Source of the DNA: a virus
Length of the DNA: 64,000 bases
Virus record (IMG/VR): IMGVR_UViG_3300042876_000418
Location: 1 to 64,000 of that record
Strand: one strand, 5' to 3'
Shown here: piece after piece, positions 9,458 through 18,942 of the stretch
How the letters are laid out: each line of letters starts with the position of its first letter
Position numbering within the stretch: position 1 is the first letter of the stretch
Notes under the pieces: model-generated
Told to the model about the DNA's origin: nothing
Seen by the model: the letters and a program-made list of their open reading frames with translations, nothing else
Databases searched by the model: none
Translations under genes and position numbers: made by a program

Positions 9458-10441
9458 TCACCACCATTTACCCTCATCTGGAAATTGCTGGATTTGAACG
9501 CCGCCCAGCATGTGCCCGGCTAATTTGCGCCCCACTCGGAAATATTCCACGCCTTCCTTAGTTGTCGATTCCCGGCCCGCCAGGACTTCGGGATCGCCAC
9601 CCATCGCAAACCACTCGGGGGCCGTGATCCATTCGCCGTTTTGCTTGTGGAAGAATGGGATCTGCTTGAGATTGAAGCCGCCATCGGTGTACATCTTTTC
9701 GGCCTGCTTGCGAAGGTAATTCTCAGACGCGCAATAAGCGAACACGTGATTCGCCCAATCCGGGTTCATCACGCGGGAATTATCGCCCGATTCGGCCCCC
9801 GTAATCACGTGAATATCGGGGAACTCCCACAGCCCAGCGGCGGCGATTCCGATGTCCCCAATCAACGGCTCAAAGCTCACAAACGCCTTGCCTTTCCACG
9901 CGGCCCGTAGCGCGGGAATCCGCTTGTATGCCCATTCGGCGTTTTCCGCCGTCACCCCCAGCCGGACGTAAGGCGGAGGGTTATCCAGCCAGCGCTGAGG
10001 CAGCATGTGGAAATTCTCGTGCCGCTTTGTGAGCAGCAACCACATTAGCCCGCCGATCTTGCCAGTCTGGTCAATCACGTCACAGTATTCCTCTAGCCAT
10101 TCGTGGGGCACTTCGGAATCGAGCGGATCGCACAGATCGCCACCAAACACCCGGCGCATGACGCTAGTTTTGACGGCTTCTTTCGCCCATTTGAAAGGTT
10201 GTTTCCAGTATCCGTAACTGGTATGTTTACGGGGCTTTCCTTTGCCCCAACCGGAAATGAATTTATCGCCTTCCATGTGCCCAACCCAATGAAAACGGGA
10301 GTCGTTCATCCGCTTTGCAAAGCACTCACGGCATCCATCTGAGACCTGAGTACACCCCAACCAGGGTGAGAACGTATAACCCGGCAGCACTTCGCCGTTG
10401 TCCAATACCGTTGCTGTCCATCCAATCGTAGTTTGTCCCAT
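9458..10441 (-). CDS. DUF5131 (Gp37/Gp68) radical-SAM-like protein
   Basis: TTIGWT, GCTQVSDGCRECFA, LLLTKR, SFEPL, GAESG, FFHKQ. Confidence 0.9.
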   Translation of the reverse strand: MGQTTIGWTATVLDNGEVLPGYTFSPWLGCTQVSDGCRECFAKRMNDSRFHWVGHMEGDKFISGWGKGKPRKHTSYGYWKQPFKWAKEAVKTSVMRRVFGGDLCDPLDSEVPHEWLEEYCDVIDQTGKIGGLMWLLLTKRHENFHMLPQRWLDNPPPYVRLGVTAENAEWAYKRIPALRAAWKGKAFVSFEPLIGDIGIAAAGLWEFPDIHVITGAESGDNSRVMNPDWANHVFAYCASENYLRKQAEKMYTDGGFNLKQIPFFHKQNGEWITAPEWFAMGGDPEVLAGRESTTKEGVEYFRVGRKLAGHMLGGVQIQQFPDEGKWW

Positions 10442-10443
10442 CG

Positions 10444-10632
10444 TTACTCCTTCCTCTTGATCTTGCGAATGATAAAACTGACAATCGCCTCAATTGGCTT
10501 GAGTACAATCCTGCCAATCTGTTCATAGGTGTCCACCGTTCCAGCAATAACAATTATCCAGATCCCTATGATTATTTGAAGCACGAGGTGGATAAGCAGC
10601 ACAATCAAAATAGATTGTATTATCTCACCCAT
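10444..10632 (-). CDS. Small membrane protein
   Basis: Hydrophobic ORF in operon. Confidence 0.55.
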   Translation of the reverse strand: MGEIIQSILIVLLIHLVLQIIIGIWIIVIAGTVDTYEQIGRIVLKPIEAIVSFIIRKIKRKE

Positions 10633-11344
10633 TCGCGCCCCTTTCGTTTTTCTGAATCGCGTCTTTCAGCACATCAATAAACTTATCCCTATCGCTACTG
10701 CTTAAATGCAAGCCATTGGTGAACCAGTCAAGCGCCAGTTTGCAGGCTTCAAGCAAGCTGGAGTCAGTCGGCTTTGGTTGCGATTCCACTTGCCCGGCGC
10801 GTTTCGCCCGCTTTTGCTCCGCCAGCTTTGGCAAGTCAGGCAATTCAATCCAGGCCACGATATTGTCAACGTACCCGTTTTCATTTATCCAGCGATGGGT
10901 GATACCAAAACAACTCCCTTTGAAAACATCGTTTCCGTTTGTCATCAAAACGGTATGACACGCCGCTGGTAAATCCCCATCCTCTACCAGATGAACATTT
11001 TCAAGTTCTGCGATTCGGGCGGCCTGGCGCTTGCACAATTGCGCGTTCCACTCCGCTCCGCTTTCCGGCGTATCCTTGCGGAGCAGGGCGTCCACGCGTC
11101 TCTCTAATTCCCGCACTTTTGCGCTCAGAACTTCGCATTCATCCAAAATCGGGCTAGGCGGTTTTTCCCATTGCGTTCTTACGTGTGTTGACAATTGCGC
11201 CTTGCCTTCAGTGATCAATGCTTGGATGCTAAACGCACCACATGTCGGACAAACATTACTATTTTCCCGTGGGAAACGAGTGCCACAAACCGTACACATC
11301 CATTCCCAATCTACGCTAGAATCATCAGGATATTTGAAAATCAT
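10625..11344 (-). CDS. Zn-ribbon / DUF551-like mosaic protein
   Basis: WMCTVCG..CPTCG; VAWIELPDLP. Confidence 0.6.
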   Translation of the reverse strand: MIFKYPDDSSVDWEWMCTVCGTRFPRENSNVCPTCGAFSIQALITEGKAQLSTHVRTQWEKPPSPILDECEVLSAKVRELERRVDALLRKDTPESGAEWNAQLCKRQAARIAELENVHLVEDGDLPAACHTVLMTNGNDVFKGSCFGITHRWINENGYVDNIVAWIELPDLPKLAEQKRAKRAGQVESQPKPTDSSLLEACKLALDWFTNGLHLSSSDRDKFIDVLKDAIQKNERGANG

Positions 11345-11353
11345 ACTTACCTC

Positions 11354-12775
11354 CTACGAAAAATACGATCCTGAGCAAAATTCATTCCAAATTTCCGCGC
11401 TACTCCGATCATCCCCAACCGCAAATCTCAGCAGGTTGTAAAAATACGGGTAGTCGCTTTCCATCGCCTCTCTGACTGCCAGGGCCACGGCCCGGTAAGC
11501 CGGGTGCCCATTCTTGCCGCTCCGCAACCGGACGAAATTGTACATCTCCCTGAAGTTCATCGTGATAAAAACACGACGGTGGAAGGCGTTAGGCACGACG
11601 TAACGGGCCAGTTCGGGCGACAAGGTACAAATGGACTGGTATGCGCTAGAAACGCGCCTCATGGCCTCGTGGAAGCGCTCAGACAGGCCCGCGTCGTGGA
11701 ACATGCGCGGCATGGAATAGGCGAAAGGATGAAGCGGCTGGGGTGTCTGAGTCATCATCCGGTGGCGCTTTACGTCGTAATAAGCGCCCTGGTCAAGGGT
11801 GATGACGAATGAGAAATTGATGTGCTCGAATTCGCGGGGAATAGACGAATTGAACCCGGTCGTGCGAATCGTAGCGGGAATCACAATCCCGGTTATCTCT
11901 TCGGTAAGATTAGGCCCACCGGACAATAGAGAATCCTCTGTATTCGAGAGAGTAAACGCCTTGCATAAATTCTTAATCATGCGATTCTGGCTTTCACCCC
12001 GAATCAAATCGACATCGACCGCGCAATTTAGCGGTTTGATCTCGCTTGATAATTTCTCTCGCAAGAATGCCCGCGTGCGGCCTGACAACTCATTTCTTTC
12101 CGCGTACTTTACCAGAGTCGGAACCTCATCCAGTGCCACCCGCTTGATTTCCTCCCCAACCATGCGCGATTCGGGCAGGTCACTGGACAACAGCTTGATT
12201 AGCGTGTGCTCCAACGAGCGGGCGTTGATCGTCATTCCCACATTGGTGAGCATCGCGGTTGGGAGCACATAGCGGGCGGAGTCCATAACCTTCGTGCGAA
12301 TCCGGGCGGCGTAGGCGGCGGGTGATTCGTCCTCACCCTGGGGGTACTTCTGGACTGCCAACTTCTCGAATGGGGCCAGCGCGTCCTGGTAGAGATCCAG
12401 GAGCGCCCCAATCGTGGAATGATACAACGGCTCAACCGTCGTGCCAGCCAGTTCGGGCGGGATGAAGTAGTGATCGCGGTCAAACACCTGGTACCGGCTT
12501 GACTTCTCTGTGTAGCTTGCCAGGCGACACGACTCAAGCTCTTCGGCGGCAAGGCGCGAGATACCCTCAACCGCGATGTGTAAAACGGCGTGCTCCGCAA
12601 CAGATGAATGCCCGAACCCCAACACCCATTTCTCATGGAAACGGGCGGCCTGGGCGGCATTCAGTTCATCCGCATTATCCTGGAAGGAGTCGGGCGTCCG
12701 GCTGGTCTTGGCGAACGCAACCGCGATAACTTCCGGGCTGTATTTCTGAGGGGAAAGGGAGTAAATCTTAGCCAT
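11354..12775 (-). CDS. thyX: FAD-dependent thymidylate synthase (two-domain Thy1)
   Basis: GHSSVAEH, SYTEKSSRY, ARYVLP, RHRMMTQ. Confidence 0.93.
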   Translation of the reverse strand: MAKIYSLSPQKYSPEVIAVAFAKTSRTPDSFQDNADELNAAQAARFHEKWVLGFGHSSVAEHAVLHIAVEGISRLAAEELESCRLASYTEKSSRYQVFDRDHYFIPPELAGTTVEPLYHSTIGALLDLYQDALAPFEKLAVQKYPQGEDESPAAYAARIRTKVMDSARYVLPTAMLTNVGMTINARSLEHTLIKLLSSDLPESRMVGEEIKRVALDEVPTLVKYAERNELSGRTRAFLREKLSSEIKPLNCAVDVDLIRGESQNRMIKNLCKAFTLSNTEDSLLSGGPNLTEEITGIVIPATIRTTGFNSSIPREFEHINFSFVITLDQGAYYDVKRHRMMTQTPQPLHPFAYSMPRMFHDAGLSERFHEAMRRVSSAYQSICTLSPELARYVVPNAFHRRVFITMNFREMYNFVRLRSGKNGHPAYRAVALAVREAMESDYPYFYNLLRFAVGDDRSSAEIWNEFCSGSYFS

Positions 12776-13025
12776 GAGACTCCCCGACTTTCATGCCCAA
12801 TATCCAGGCGATAAACTTTAGCGCAGCCGCCATGATCTTGACCTGGGTTTCATCGCCCTCGGTAACGAGCGCCGTCATTGCGATAGCGTCACCCGACTCT
12901 TGCACGATCTGGGAAACGGGGGTCGGGGTCGCGGGGTGTTTTCCTAACTCCAACACCTGAGCGGCAAGCGCCTTATTCTGGGCTTCAAGTTTACAGACAT
13001 ACATTTCCATCGCTGGTTTAGCCAT
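12768..13025 (-). CDS. Hypothetical protein
   Basis: Coupled ORF. Confidence 0.55.
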   Translation of the reverse strand: MAKPAMEMYVCKLEAQNKALAAQVLELGKHPATPTPVSQIVQESGDAIAMTALVTEGDETQVKIMAAALKFIAWILGMKVGESHG

Positions 13026-13314
13026 TGCTCTTTTCCTTTTCCTTTGCTATTTCAACTAACTTTCCATCACGCTGATTGAGAGCGGCCCGTAGAACAGCCA
13101 CGTCAACGTAGGTATTCCCCGACTCCCACGTGATCGCCCGTTTCGCCTCAGCCACCTCGGGGATTGAGGTATCCCACACGCGGCGGGGTATCTTTTTCAG
13201 CCAGCCATTAGTATGGACGGGCGGAATTACCTTATCGGCCATCTCCTGATGATTCTCACGGGTAACAGGCCCGAGGGCCAGCACCGCCGATTCGATCTGT
13301 TCGCAGGTTAGCAT
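13018..13314 (-). CDS. Hypothetical protein
   Basis: GGAGGG RBS; coupled ORF. Confidence 0.6.
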   Translation of the reverse strand: MLTCEQIESAVLALGPVTRENHQEMADKVIPPVHTNGWLKKIPRRVWDTSIPEVAEAKRAITWESGNTYVDVAVLRAALNQRDGKLVEIAKEKEKSNG

Positions 13315-13628
13315 GTAATCAACCCTCCGTCATACGCTTGCATGGCCTCGATCATGATTTCTTTCTTCTCTGCCTTGCTGAGCGATAACCGTTTCAAAAG
13401 ATTACACAAGCATTCAATAGTCGATTCCGAGTAAGGCGCGGGGCAATCCGCAAACCGCGCGGCGTCCAACTCTTCGGCCCCAACGAAGTCGTACCCACTC
13501 CCGAATCCAACCTTGCGATTGAGGATGATCGACGTTTTTTCCAGCCCGCGACCGTTCTGGCCGCAATGGTTCACCCACACCCGGAAACGGGCGGTTTGTA
13601 CTACTTTGTTGCGGTTCTGGTTATCCAT
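13308..13628 (-). CDS. Hypothetical protein
   Basis: Probable start MDNQN at 13628. Confidence 0.55.
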   Translation of the reverse strand: MDNQNRNKVVQTARFRVWVNHCGQNGRGLEKTSIILNRKVGFGSGYDFVGAEELDAARFADCPAPYSESTIECLCNLLKRLSLSKAEKKEIMIEAMQAYDGGLITC

Positions 13629-14149
13629 GCTTCCGTTCCTTTGAACTCCGCCGCGCGTTCGTTGCACATCCGGTCGCAAGCCACATTGTGAATGCTCACC
13701 GGGTGGCCGTGGTGTCCGATTCCGGCGGTCAATTGCGCCTTCGTTGGGTGGCCCGCCAGCAGTACCGGGGTGATCATGCTCCAATCCGTAAACCGTGACC
13801 GTTGCTTCTGGTATTCCTGGTGCATCCACGAGGGGATCCCCGTCCACTTCCAGCCCCAAAACAGCCGGCCTAATGTGATCTGTGAGTCTGAGCACAGATC
13901 GCCCGCCCAATCGCGGGGTAAGCACGATAGCCCACGTAGGGCCGCCAGCATTTCAGTGAGGTTGTTGGTTACTTTGGGCATCCCGGCATTCAGCGGGGTT
14001 ACGACTGCGGAGTCCTCGAATACGACCGTATCCACCCCGCCCACCGTGCGCACCCGGCGGTAAGCCCAAGTGCCGCCCGACTCACTCGGATTCCGGTCAA
14101 TACATCCCCCATCGCAGAAAAGTTTCTCTATTTCCATTCTTCCCTCCAC
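13601..14149 (-). CDS. rnhA: Ribonuclease HI-like protein
   Basis: FCDGGC, TNNLTEMLA, SDSQ, AGH, N..CD catalytic motifs. Confidence 0.85.
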   Translation of the reverse strand: MEGRMEIEKLFCDGGCIDRNPSESGGTWAYRRVRTVGGVDTVVFEDSAVVTPLNAGMPKVTNNLTEMLAALRGLSCLPRDWAGDLCSDSQITLGRLFWGWKWTGIPSWMHQEYQKQRSRFTDWSMITPVLLAGHPTKAQLTAGIGHHGHPVSIHNVACDRMCNERAAEFKGTEAWITRTATK

Positions 14150-14642
14150 TACTCCACAGCTTTCAATGTGTGACTATCATTCGGATTGTGCCACAGTCCG
14201 TTTTCGTCTTTGTGCGGTAATTGAATCCCGCAAAACCGGCAAAACAAGACGGTCGAATCGCACCAGCGGCAGTTGTCGCAAGAGACAACTTTTTCGGAAA
14301 CGGGGTGCACTGGGATAGAAATGTTACTGGCATTCAGATGACCGCCGCAATTCGGGCAAGCATGTCCGACTCCGTGCTCTTTGATGTTCAATTCTTGCCG
14401 AACAAACGTATAAGTGTAATCCCCGGCGTTTTTTAGTGATTCGTCTTTCCAAAAGAACATAATCAGGCATTGCACCGCATACCCCGCCAGATCGCGCCAT
14501 GTGTCCGCCTGCGTTTCGTCCTTCACTTCGGCGTCCCGCTTCAGTAGGTTTTCGATCCGGGCCAGCTTATCCGAGCAGCGTACCAGGATACCGAGCACCC
14601 CAAACCGGGCCAGGTTGTTTTCGCCGTGAGCTACGAACCCGT

Positions 14643-15821
14643 TCATAGGGTAACGCTTCCGGCTTCCACGAGTACCGCCTGACAAGCAGGTCTTACACAC
14701 TCTCCACCGGCGTTGATTCTTTTGGCCGCTCCGGCCATAGAAAATTCACGAATATTTATTGCTGCATTTCCGTCCCGGTTATGGTGGGTGTTGCATTGGG
14801 GGCAATCCCATTCCCGAACGGATAAGTCTAACTTTTCGAGCACGTACCCACAGGTTGAGCAGGTCTTGGATGACGCCTCAAACCGCCCAATCCTTACAAT
14901 TTCAGATCCATGCCAGAGACCCTTATAGTCCAGTTGTCGCCCAAACGTGCTCCATCCTACATCCGAGATGTGTTTGGCAAGACTGTGGTTTTTGATCATG
15001 CCAGACACATTCAAGTTTTCAATAGCGATGTAACCGTATTGGTTGACAAACATTCGACTAGTCTTGTGTAGAAAATCGGCCCGTTGGTTCGCTACCTTCT
15101 CATGGGCTAAGGCTAACTTATGTTTCGCCTTATACCACCCGGATGAACCTTTCACTCTACGGGACAAGACTCGACTAGCCCGCTTGATTTTCTTTTCAGA
15201 CTTGAGTAAGAATCGTGGGTTAGGAATTACCTCACCATCTGAAGTTACGGCAAAGTCTTTGATACCCAAGTCGATTCCGACCTTGCCTGGTCTGTTTTGG
15301 GGAGGGTCAATCTCAATCTCGCATTGAAAAGATGCGAAATATTTACCCGTTGAGGTCTTGCTGATTGACAAATTATTTATCTTGCCATCTATAGGTCGGT
15401 GGAGCTTGATTTTTACCCAACCGACTTTCGGGGCATAGATTTTATTCTCAACCAGCTTGAAACGCTGAGGGTATCTAATGGACTGCTTTGCGGTTTTCTT
15501 TTTGAATTTTGGGAAACCGCGCCCATTGAAGAAATTCTTGTATGCCTTATCCAGATTTTTTAGGCTTTGTTGTAAAACCTGAGCATCTGCATCTTTCAAC
15601 CAGATATGTTCCGAATTTTTCTTCAATTCAGTCAGCATACTGCATGTATCGTACAGAGTTAGACCTTTTTTCTCTTCGGTCTTGTGCTCTTGGTAGAACT
15701 CAATCCGCTTGCCTAAGAAAAAGTTATAGACAAACCGGGCGTGCCCAAACTGAATTGCAAGAGCTTTCTTTTGCGATTCGTTTGGGTAAATCCGGTAGCG
15801 GAATGATTTATGGATTAGCAC
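14643..15821 (-). CDS. tnpB: RNA-guided endonuclease TnpB
   Basis: YRIYP N-terminus, GIDLG, IENL, Zn finger, RDGNAAINI; RuvC D-E-D intact. Confidence 0.95.
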   Translation of the reverse strand: MLIHKSFRYRIYPNESQKKALAIQFGHARFVYNFFLGKRIEFYQEHKTEEKKGLTLYDTCSMLTELKKNSEHIWLKDADAQVLQQSLKNLDKAYKNFFNGRGFPKFKKKTAKQSIRYPQRFKLVENKIYAPKVGWVKIKLHRPIDGKINNLSISKTSTGKYFASFQCEIEIDPPQNRPGKVGIDLGIKDFAVTSDGEVIPNPRFLLKSEKKIKRASRVLSRRVKGSSGWYKAKHKLALAHEKVANQRADFLHKTSRMFVNQYGYIAIENLNVSGMIKNHSLAKHISDVGWSTFGRQLDYKGLWHGSEIVRIGRFEASSKTCSTCGYVLEKLDLSVREWDCPQCNTHHNRDGNAAINIREFSMAGAAKRINAGGECVRPACQAVLVEAGSVTL

Positions 15822-15955
15822 TAGACCTTCTTTACGTCAGACTCAATCAGATGAATGAGATATTGAACGAAGTTCATCTCAAGCTGGTGGGCACGCTTCC
15901 GGGCCAGGATATACAAATCCATTGACATTCTGAGAAGGTATGTTTTGATTTCCAT
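15821..15955 (-). CDS. 44-aa ribbon-helix-helix protein
   Basis: Not in ORF track: MEIKTYLLRMSMDLYILARKRAHQLEMNFVQYLIHLIESDVKKV; TAG overlaps the tnpB GTG. Confidence 0.7.
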   Translation of the reverse strand: MEIKTYLLRMSMDLYILARKRAHQLEMNFVQYLIHLIESDVKKV

Positions 15956-15961
15956 AGATTT

Positions 15962-15990
15962 ATTATATATCATTTATAACATAGTGTCAA
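15962..15990 (-). promoter_or_regulatory. Consensus sigma70 promoter, leaderless
   Basis: TTGACA-N17-TATAAT, ATG 6 nt downstream. Confidence 0.85.
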
Positions 15991-16137
15991 GCGTTTCTGG
16001 TTAACTTACTCTCCGCCTCTCGCCGCAATCCTAGAAGGTATTAGGTTTTCCAGGCGTTTCGCCGTAGTCGTGGTGCTTCTTGAGAAGCATTGCGCGAATG
16101 GACGCAAGAGTCGCGTCAAGTTTTTGTTCGTATTCCA

Positions 16138-16668
16138 TTAGTCCTCCAGGTACTTAATCATGTCGTGCATAAATTCGGCGTCTGGCTTGATCAACTCCAA
16201 CTCAAACGCGCCGTGATTGTCAATCGCCTCAAAGAAGGTGAACCAGGGATTGAGTGAAGCCGCAACGCGCAGGTGAGTCCGGGCGTCCCGGTAATTGGTC
16301 TGACGGGTCGATCCCTTGATTTCAACGAACGCGATTCGCCCGTTGTCCAGGATATAATCGTAGTCCGGGGTATATGTCAGTCCGGGCAACTTGAATGACA
16401 TCCACTCGTAAAGCACAATTTTGACGCGGCCCCCAATGGCGTCCTCAATCATGTGAGAATGGGCGCGGTCCCTCAGCCATTTCGATTCGGCCTGGGACCG
16501 GCCCACCGCGCAGAATTTGAGCAGAGACGCGGATTCGGCGGGCAGGGTGTAGCCCTGGATTGAGCGGAGTAAATCATCCTTGATCGTGCCATAATCAAGG
16601 ATATGAGTGAGTGGATCCCGCTTTTCGGCCTGGGCGGGTTTCGGTTTCGTGGTACGAATCCGCCTCAT
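16138..16668 (-). CDS. PD-(D/E)XK nuclease (DUF1064 / resolvase-like)
   Basis: TYTPDY...FVEIKG. Confidence 0.75.
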   Translation of the reverse strand: MRRIRTTKPKPAQAEKRDPLTHILDYGTIKDDLLRSIQGYTLPAESASLLKFCAVGRSQAESKWLRDRAHSHMIEDAIGGRVKIVLYEWMSFKLPGLTYTPDYDYILDNGRIAFVEIKGSTRQTNYRDARTHLRVAASLNPWFTFFEAIDNHGAFELELIKPDAEFMHDMIKYLED

Positions 16669-16859
16669 TTGCGCACCTGGGCGCGTACCATGATGATCTT
16701 ACCGGGGGCCTTCGCCATTTTCTGAATAAGACCAACGATTTCAACCCACGCGGCATGAGTCGGGGTCGGCTCAACATGGTGAATGGGTTGCAGATAATCC
16801 AAAAACAGGACAGAGTCAATCGGGCGGTACGCTTGTGTTGCTTTATCAGATGGTTCCAT
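16665..16859 (-). CDS. Hypothetical protein
   Basis: GGAGGGAACA-ATG; TTGTAT-N17-TAAAAT promoter upstream. Confidence 0.55.
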   Translation of the reverse strand: MEPSDKATQAYRPIDSVLFLDYLQPIHHVEPTPTHAAWVEIVGLIQKMAKAPGKIIMVRAQVRK

Positions 16860-16913
16860 TGTTCCCTCCGAACTAAGATAATTTATTTTACCACGTTTTA
16901 TAGTGTAATACAA

Positions 16914-17987
16914 CTACTCATTTATGTGATTCCAGACGTTGCCCGACTTCTTAGCCGTGATACTCGGATCGGTTGCGATGGTACCGGCGTTGTAGTTGAT
17001 CCGGCATGGGAAAGTACGCCCGGCAGGCAGGCCCCCACGCTGTTTGGCGGCTTTAAAAAAGATCATATCCTCTTCAACCGTAAACGAGATATCGCCGTGG
17101 GTGATACGAGCGCCCACCGGTGAGGTTTGCTTGACAAGCCATTGGGTGATAATACGATCTACCCGCTGAGGAATCGCGTTAGTCTCTTCGCCGTCCTTCC
17201 ATCCGGGTAACTGCCATTCGCCCGTACCACATTCCATATTCTGTTTCGCCTGAGCAGCGTACACCACCGGGCAGTTGAAAATCTTGGGCCAATCCTGGAG
17301 ACGATATACATCGTCTCTCACCTGCAAGCGGCGCTGTACTTCGATGTTCGCCTTACGCATTTCAGGATCAAGGGGCAGCGCCTGGAGGTAATCCACGAAG
17401 ATCCCGGCAGGCTTCACTACATCCCCGGTAATGTCACCCCCAACCAGTTTCTTGATTCCCCGTTCGATGTTGGACAGGGTGAGCGGGCCTTTGAACGAGT
17501 CTTCCCTCATACTCGATTCCCCAATCCGAAAGATGGGGATGGACGCCAGCTTGGTTGAGGACATCAGGATATTGTCAAAGTTCTTGACCGTCCCCCGCGC
17601 CATGTTTCCGGTATTCTCCCCTCCAATCTTCGAGAATCCACGAAAGGCCATCGCCTCGATTGTCTCTTCCACGCTAACGTGAATGATACATTCGTCAAAG
17701 CGCTCCTGGGCGATAAGCTGCTGTGCTGCTACCATCTCGAAAAAATCCAACATGGTGCTTTTCGCCTGGGACGGCTGTGCTATGAACACCATCGTTTCAA
17801 ACGGCATGAGGGGAGCCACGTAATCGCGCATACCCTCAATCGGGAAAATGAGGCTGCGGTACTTACCGGCCTGTACAGCGCGAATCATCTCCGTACCGTA
17901 GAACGCGGTTTGCTGGGGAGTGTAAACCATGCGCCCGGCGTCAAACATATTTTTTAGCTCAGGGACCGTGGGTTGGGAGTTAGGCAT
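16914..17987 (-). CDS. dnaB: DnaB-like replicative helicase
   Basis: AQPSQAKST Walker A-like, SVEE, FVDYLQ, AAQ, KQRGG. Confidence 0.8.
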   Translation of the reverse strand: MPNSQPTVPELKNMFDAGRMVYTPQQTAFYGTEMIRAVQAGKYRSLIFPIEGMRDYVAPLMPFETMVFIAQPSQAKSTMLDFFEMVAAQQLIAQERFDECIIHVSVEETIEAMAFRGFSKIGGENTGNMARGTVKNFDNILMSSTKLASIPIFRIGESSMREDSFKGPLTLSNIERGIKKLVGGDITGDVVKPAGIFVDYLQALPLDPEMRKANIEVQRRLQVRDDVYRLQDWPKIFNCPVVYAAQAKQNMECGTGEWQLPGWKDGEETNAIPQRVDRIITQWLVKQTSPVGARITHGDISFTVEEDMIFFKAAKQRGGLPAGRTFPCRINYNAGTIATDPSITAKKSGNVWNHINE

Positions 17988-18942
17988 AAAATCCTCCATC
18001 AGATTCGCGCTTAATTTCTTTCTGAGGAGTGACACGCATTAGTCCAACCGTTCCTCTTGCAGTTTTTATTAAGGACTGAGGACTTGTCGGAACCCACCGT
18101 GGGATTCCGCCATTTTCCACCATTTGTCTATCCCAATCGGCATGAATCTTATCAATTACAGGTAATCCAATTTCAGCGCAAATTTGACGCAATTCTTCCG
18201 CGCTTTGTTCCCAAAGTATAAAATCTCCGCCTTTCTTTCCTTTCCGGCGCGGCGGGGTAATCTTCCACAATTGACAGAATTTCGCCACGACTGGCCGAAC
18301 CGATTCGGAATAGTCCTCAACGTGCAAAATATTCATACCTGTATAATCCCAATATGGTTGACTGGCAGCCATGGCGGCTAAAATATCCCGTTTCTTTCCA
18401 TCGGACTGAGTGGAAGAAGGCTTTCCAGTGTTCATTTGGCTGGATTCGTCTTGCATGGGTTGTTCCTCCTGGATTGTCTCAACTGGACTGGACAGTGATT
18501 TTTCATCGCACGCGGGATCCGATTTTTTCGCGCCCAAACTTATGTTTAGATTATCGGATCTATTATGATTAGGGGGTGCTACAGGGGAGGGGTGAGGGGT
18601 GCTGTAGAGGGGGGGTGAGGGGTGCTGTAGAGGGGGGGTGCTACAGGGGAGGGGTGAAACTTTGCCTAAATTTTTTGAAACTACGCGATACACATTCGCG
18701 GATCGTCCCCCTCCAACTTTGACAATCTCAAGCTCAGGGTCAGACTCTTTGCATAACTCATGAATCAAATCCTGGGTATGCTTTGGGCTTGCCCTGATTT
18801 TCTTTGCCAAAGTTGCTACGCTCGGCCATGCCGTACACCCATTGGCTTCGTTGGCAGAATCGGCAATAGCCAGCAAGAGAAGCAATTTGGCCCCGCTCTG
18901 GCGCGATTTCTTCCAAACGTCTGTCATGATTTCAATGCTCAT
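17980..18942 (-). CDS. Phage replication initiator (N-terminal winged HTH)
   Basis: MSIEIM..KLLLLLAIAD..AWPSVATLA; lies upstream of the helicase. Confidence 0.8.
   Translation of the reverse strand: MSIEIMTDVWKKSRQSGAKLLLLLAIADSANEANGCTAWPSVATLAKKIRASPKHTQDLIHELCKESDPELEIVKVGGGRSANVYRVVSKNLGKVSPLPCSTPPLQHPSPPLYSTPHPSPVAPPNHNRSDNLNISLGAKKSDPACDEKSLSSPVETIQEEQPMQDESSQMNTGKPSSTQSDGKKRDILAAMAASQPYWDYTGMNILHVEDYSESVRPVVAKFCQLWKITPPRRKGKKGGDFILWEQSAEELRQICAEIGLPVIDKIHADWDRQMVENGGIPRWVPTSPQSLIKTARGTVGLMRVTPQKEIKRESDGGFYA
18572..18656. repeat. G-rich iteron-like repeats inside the initiator gene (probable origin)
   Basis: GGGGTGCTACAGGGG x2 and GGGGTGCTGTAGAGGG x2, flanked by AT-rich tracts. Confidence 0.75.

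Larger units (their letters stand above)
14626..16063 (-). mobile_element. IS200/IS605-family (IS1341-like) element: RHH gene + tnpB, no tnpA
   Basis: Interrupts a gene in frame; right end hairpin ending TCAC; 1438 bp. Confidence 0.85.
14149..16138 (-). pseudogene. DUF1599 (nucleotide-modification-associated domain 1) gene with Zn ribbon, split by TnpB element (16138-16064 + 14625-14149)
   Basis: Joining the flanks restores MEYEQ..KKHHDY|GENNLARFGVLGILVRCSDKLARIENL..DTWRDLAGY. Confidence 0.85.

Noticed and set aside
14626-16063. IStron (group I intron + TnpB)
   Set aside because: Only ~75 nt lie between the left junction and the promoter, too short for a group I core; the element ends in TCAC, not a terminal G
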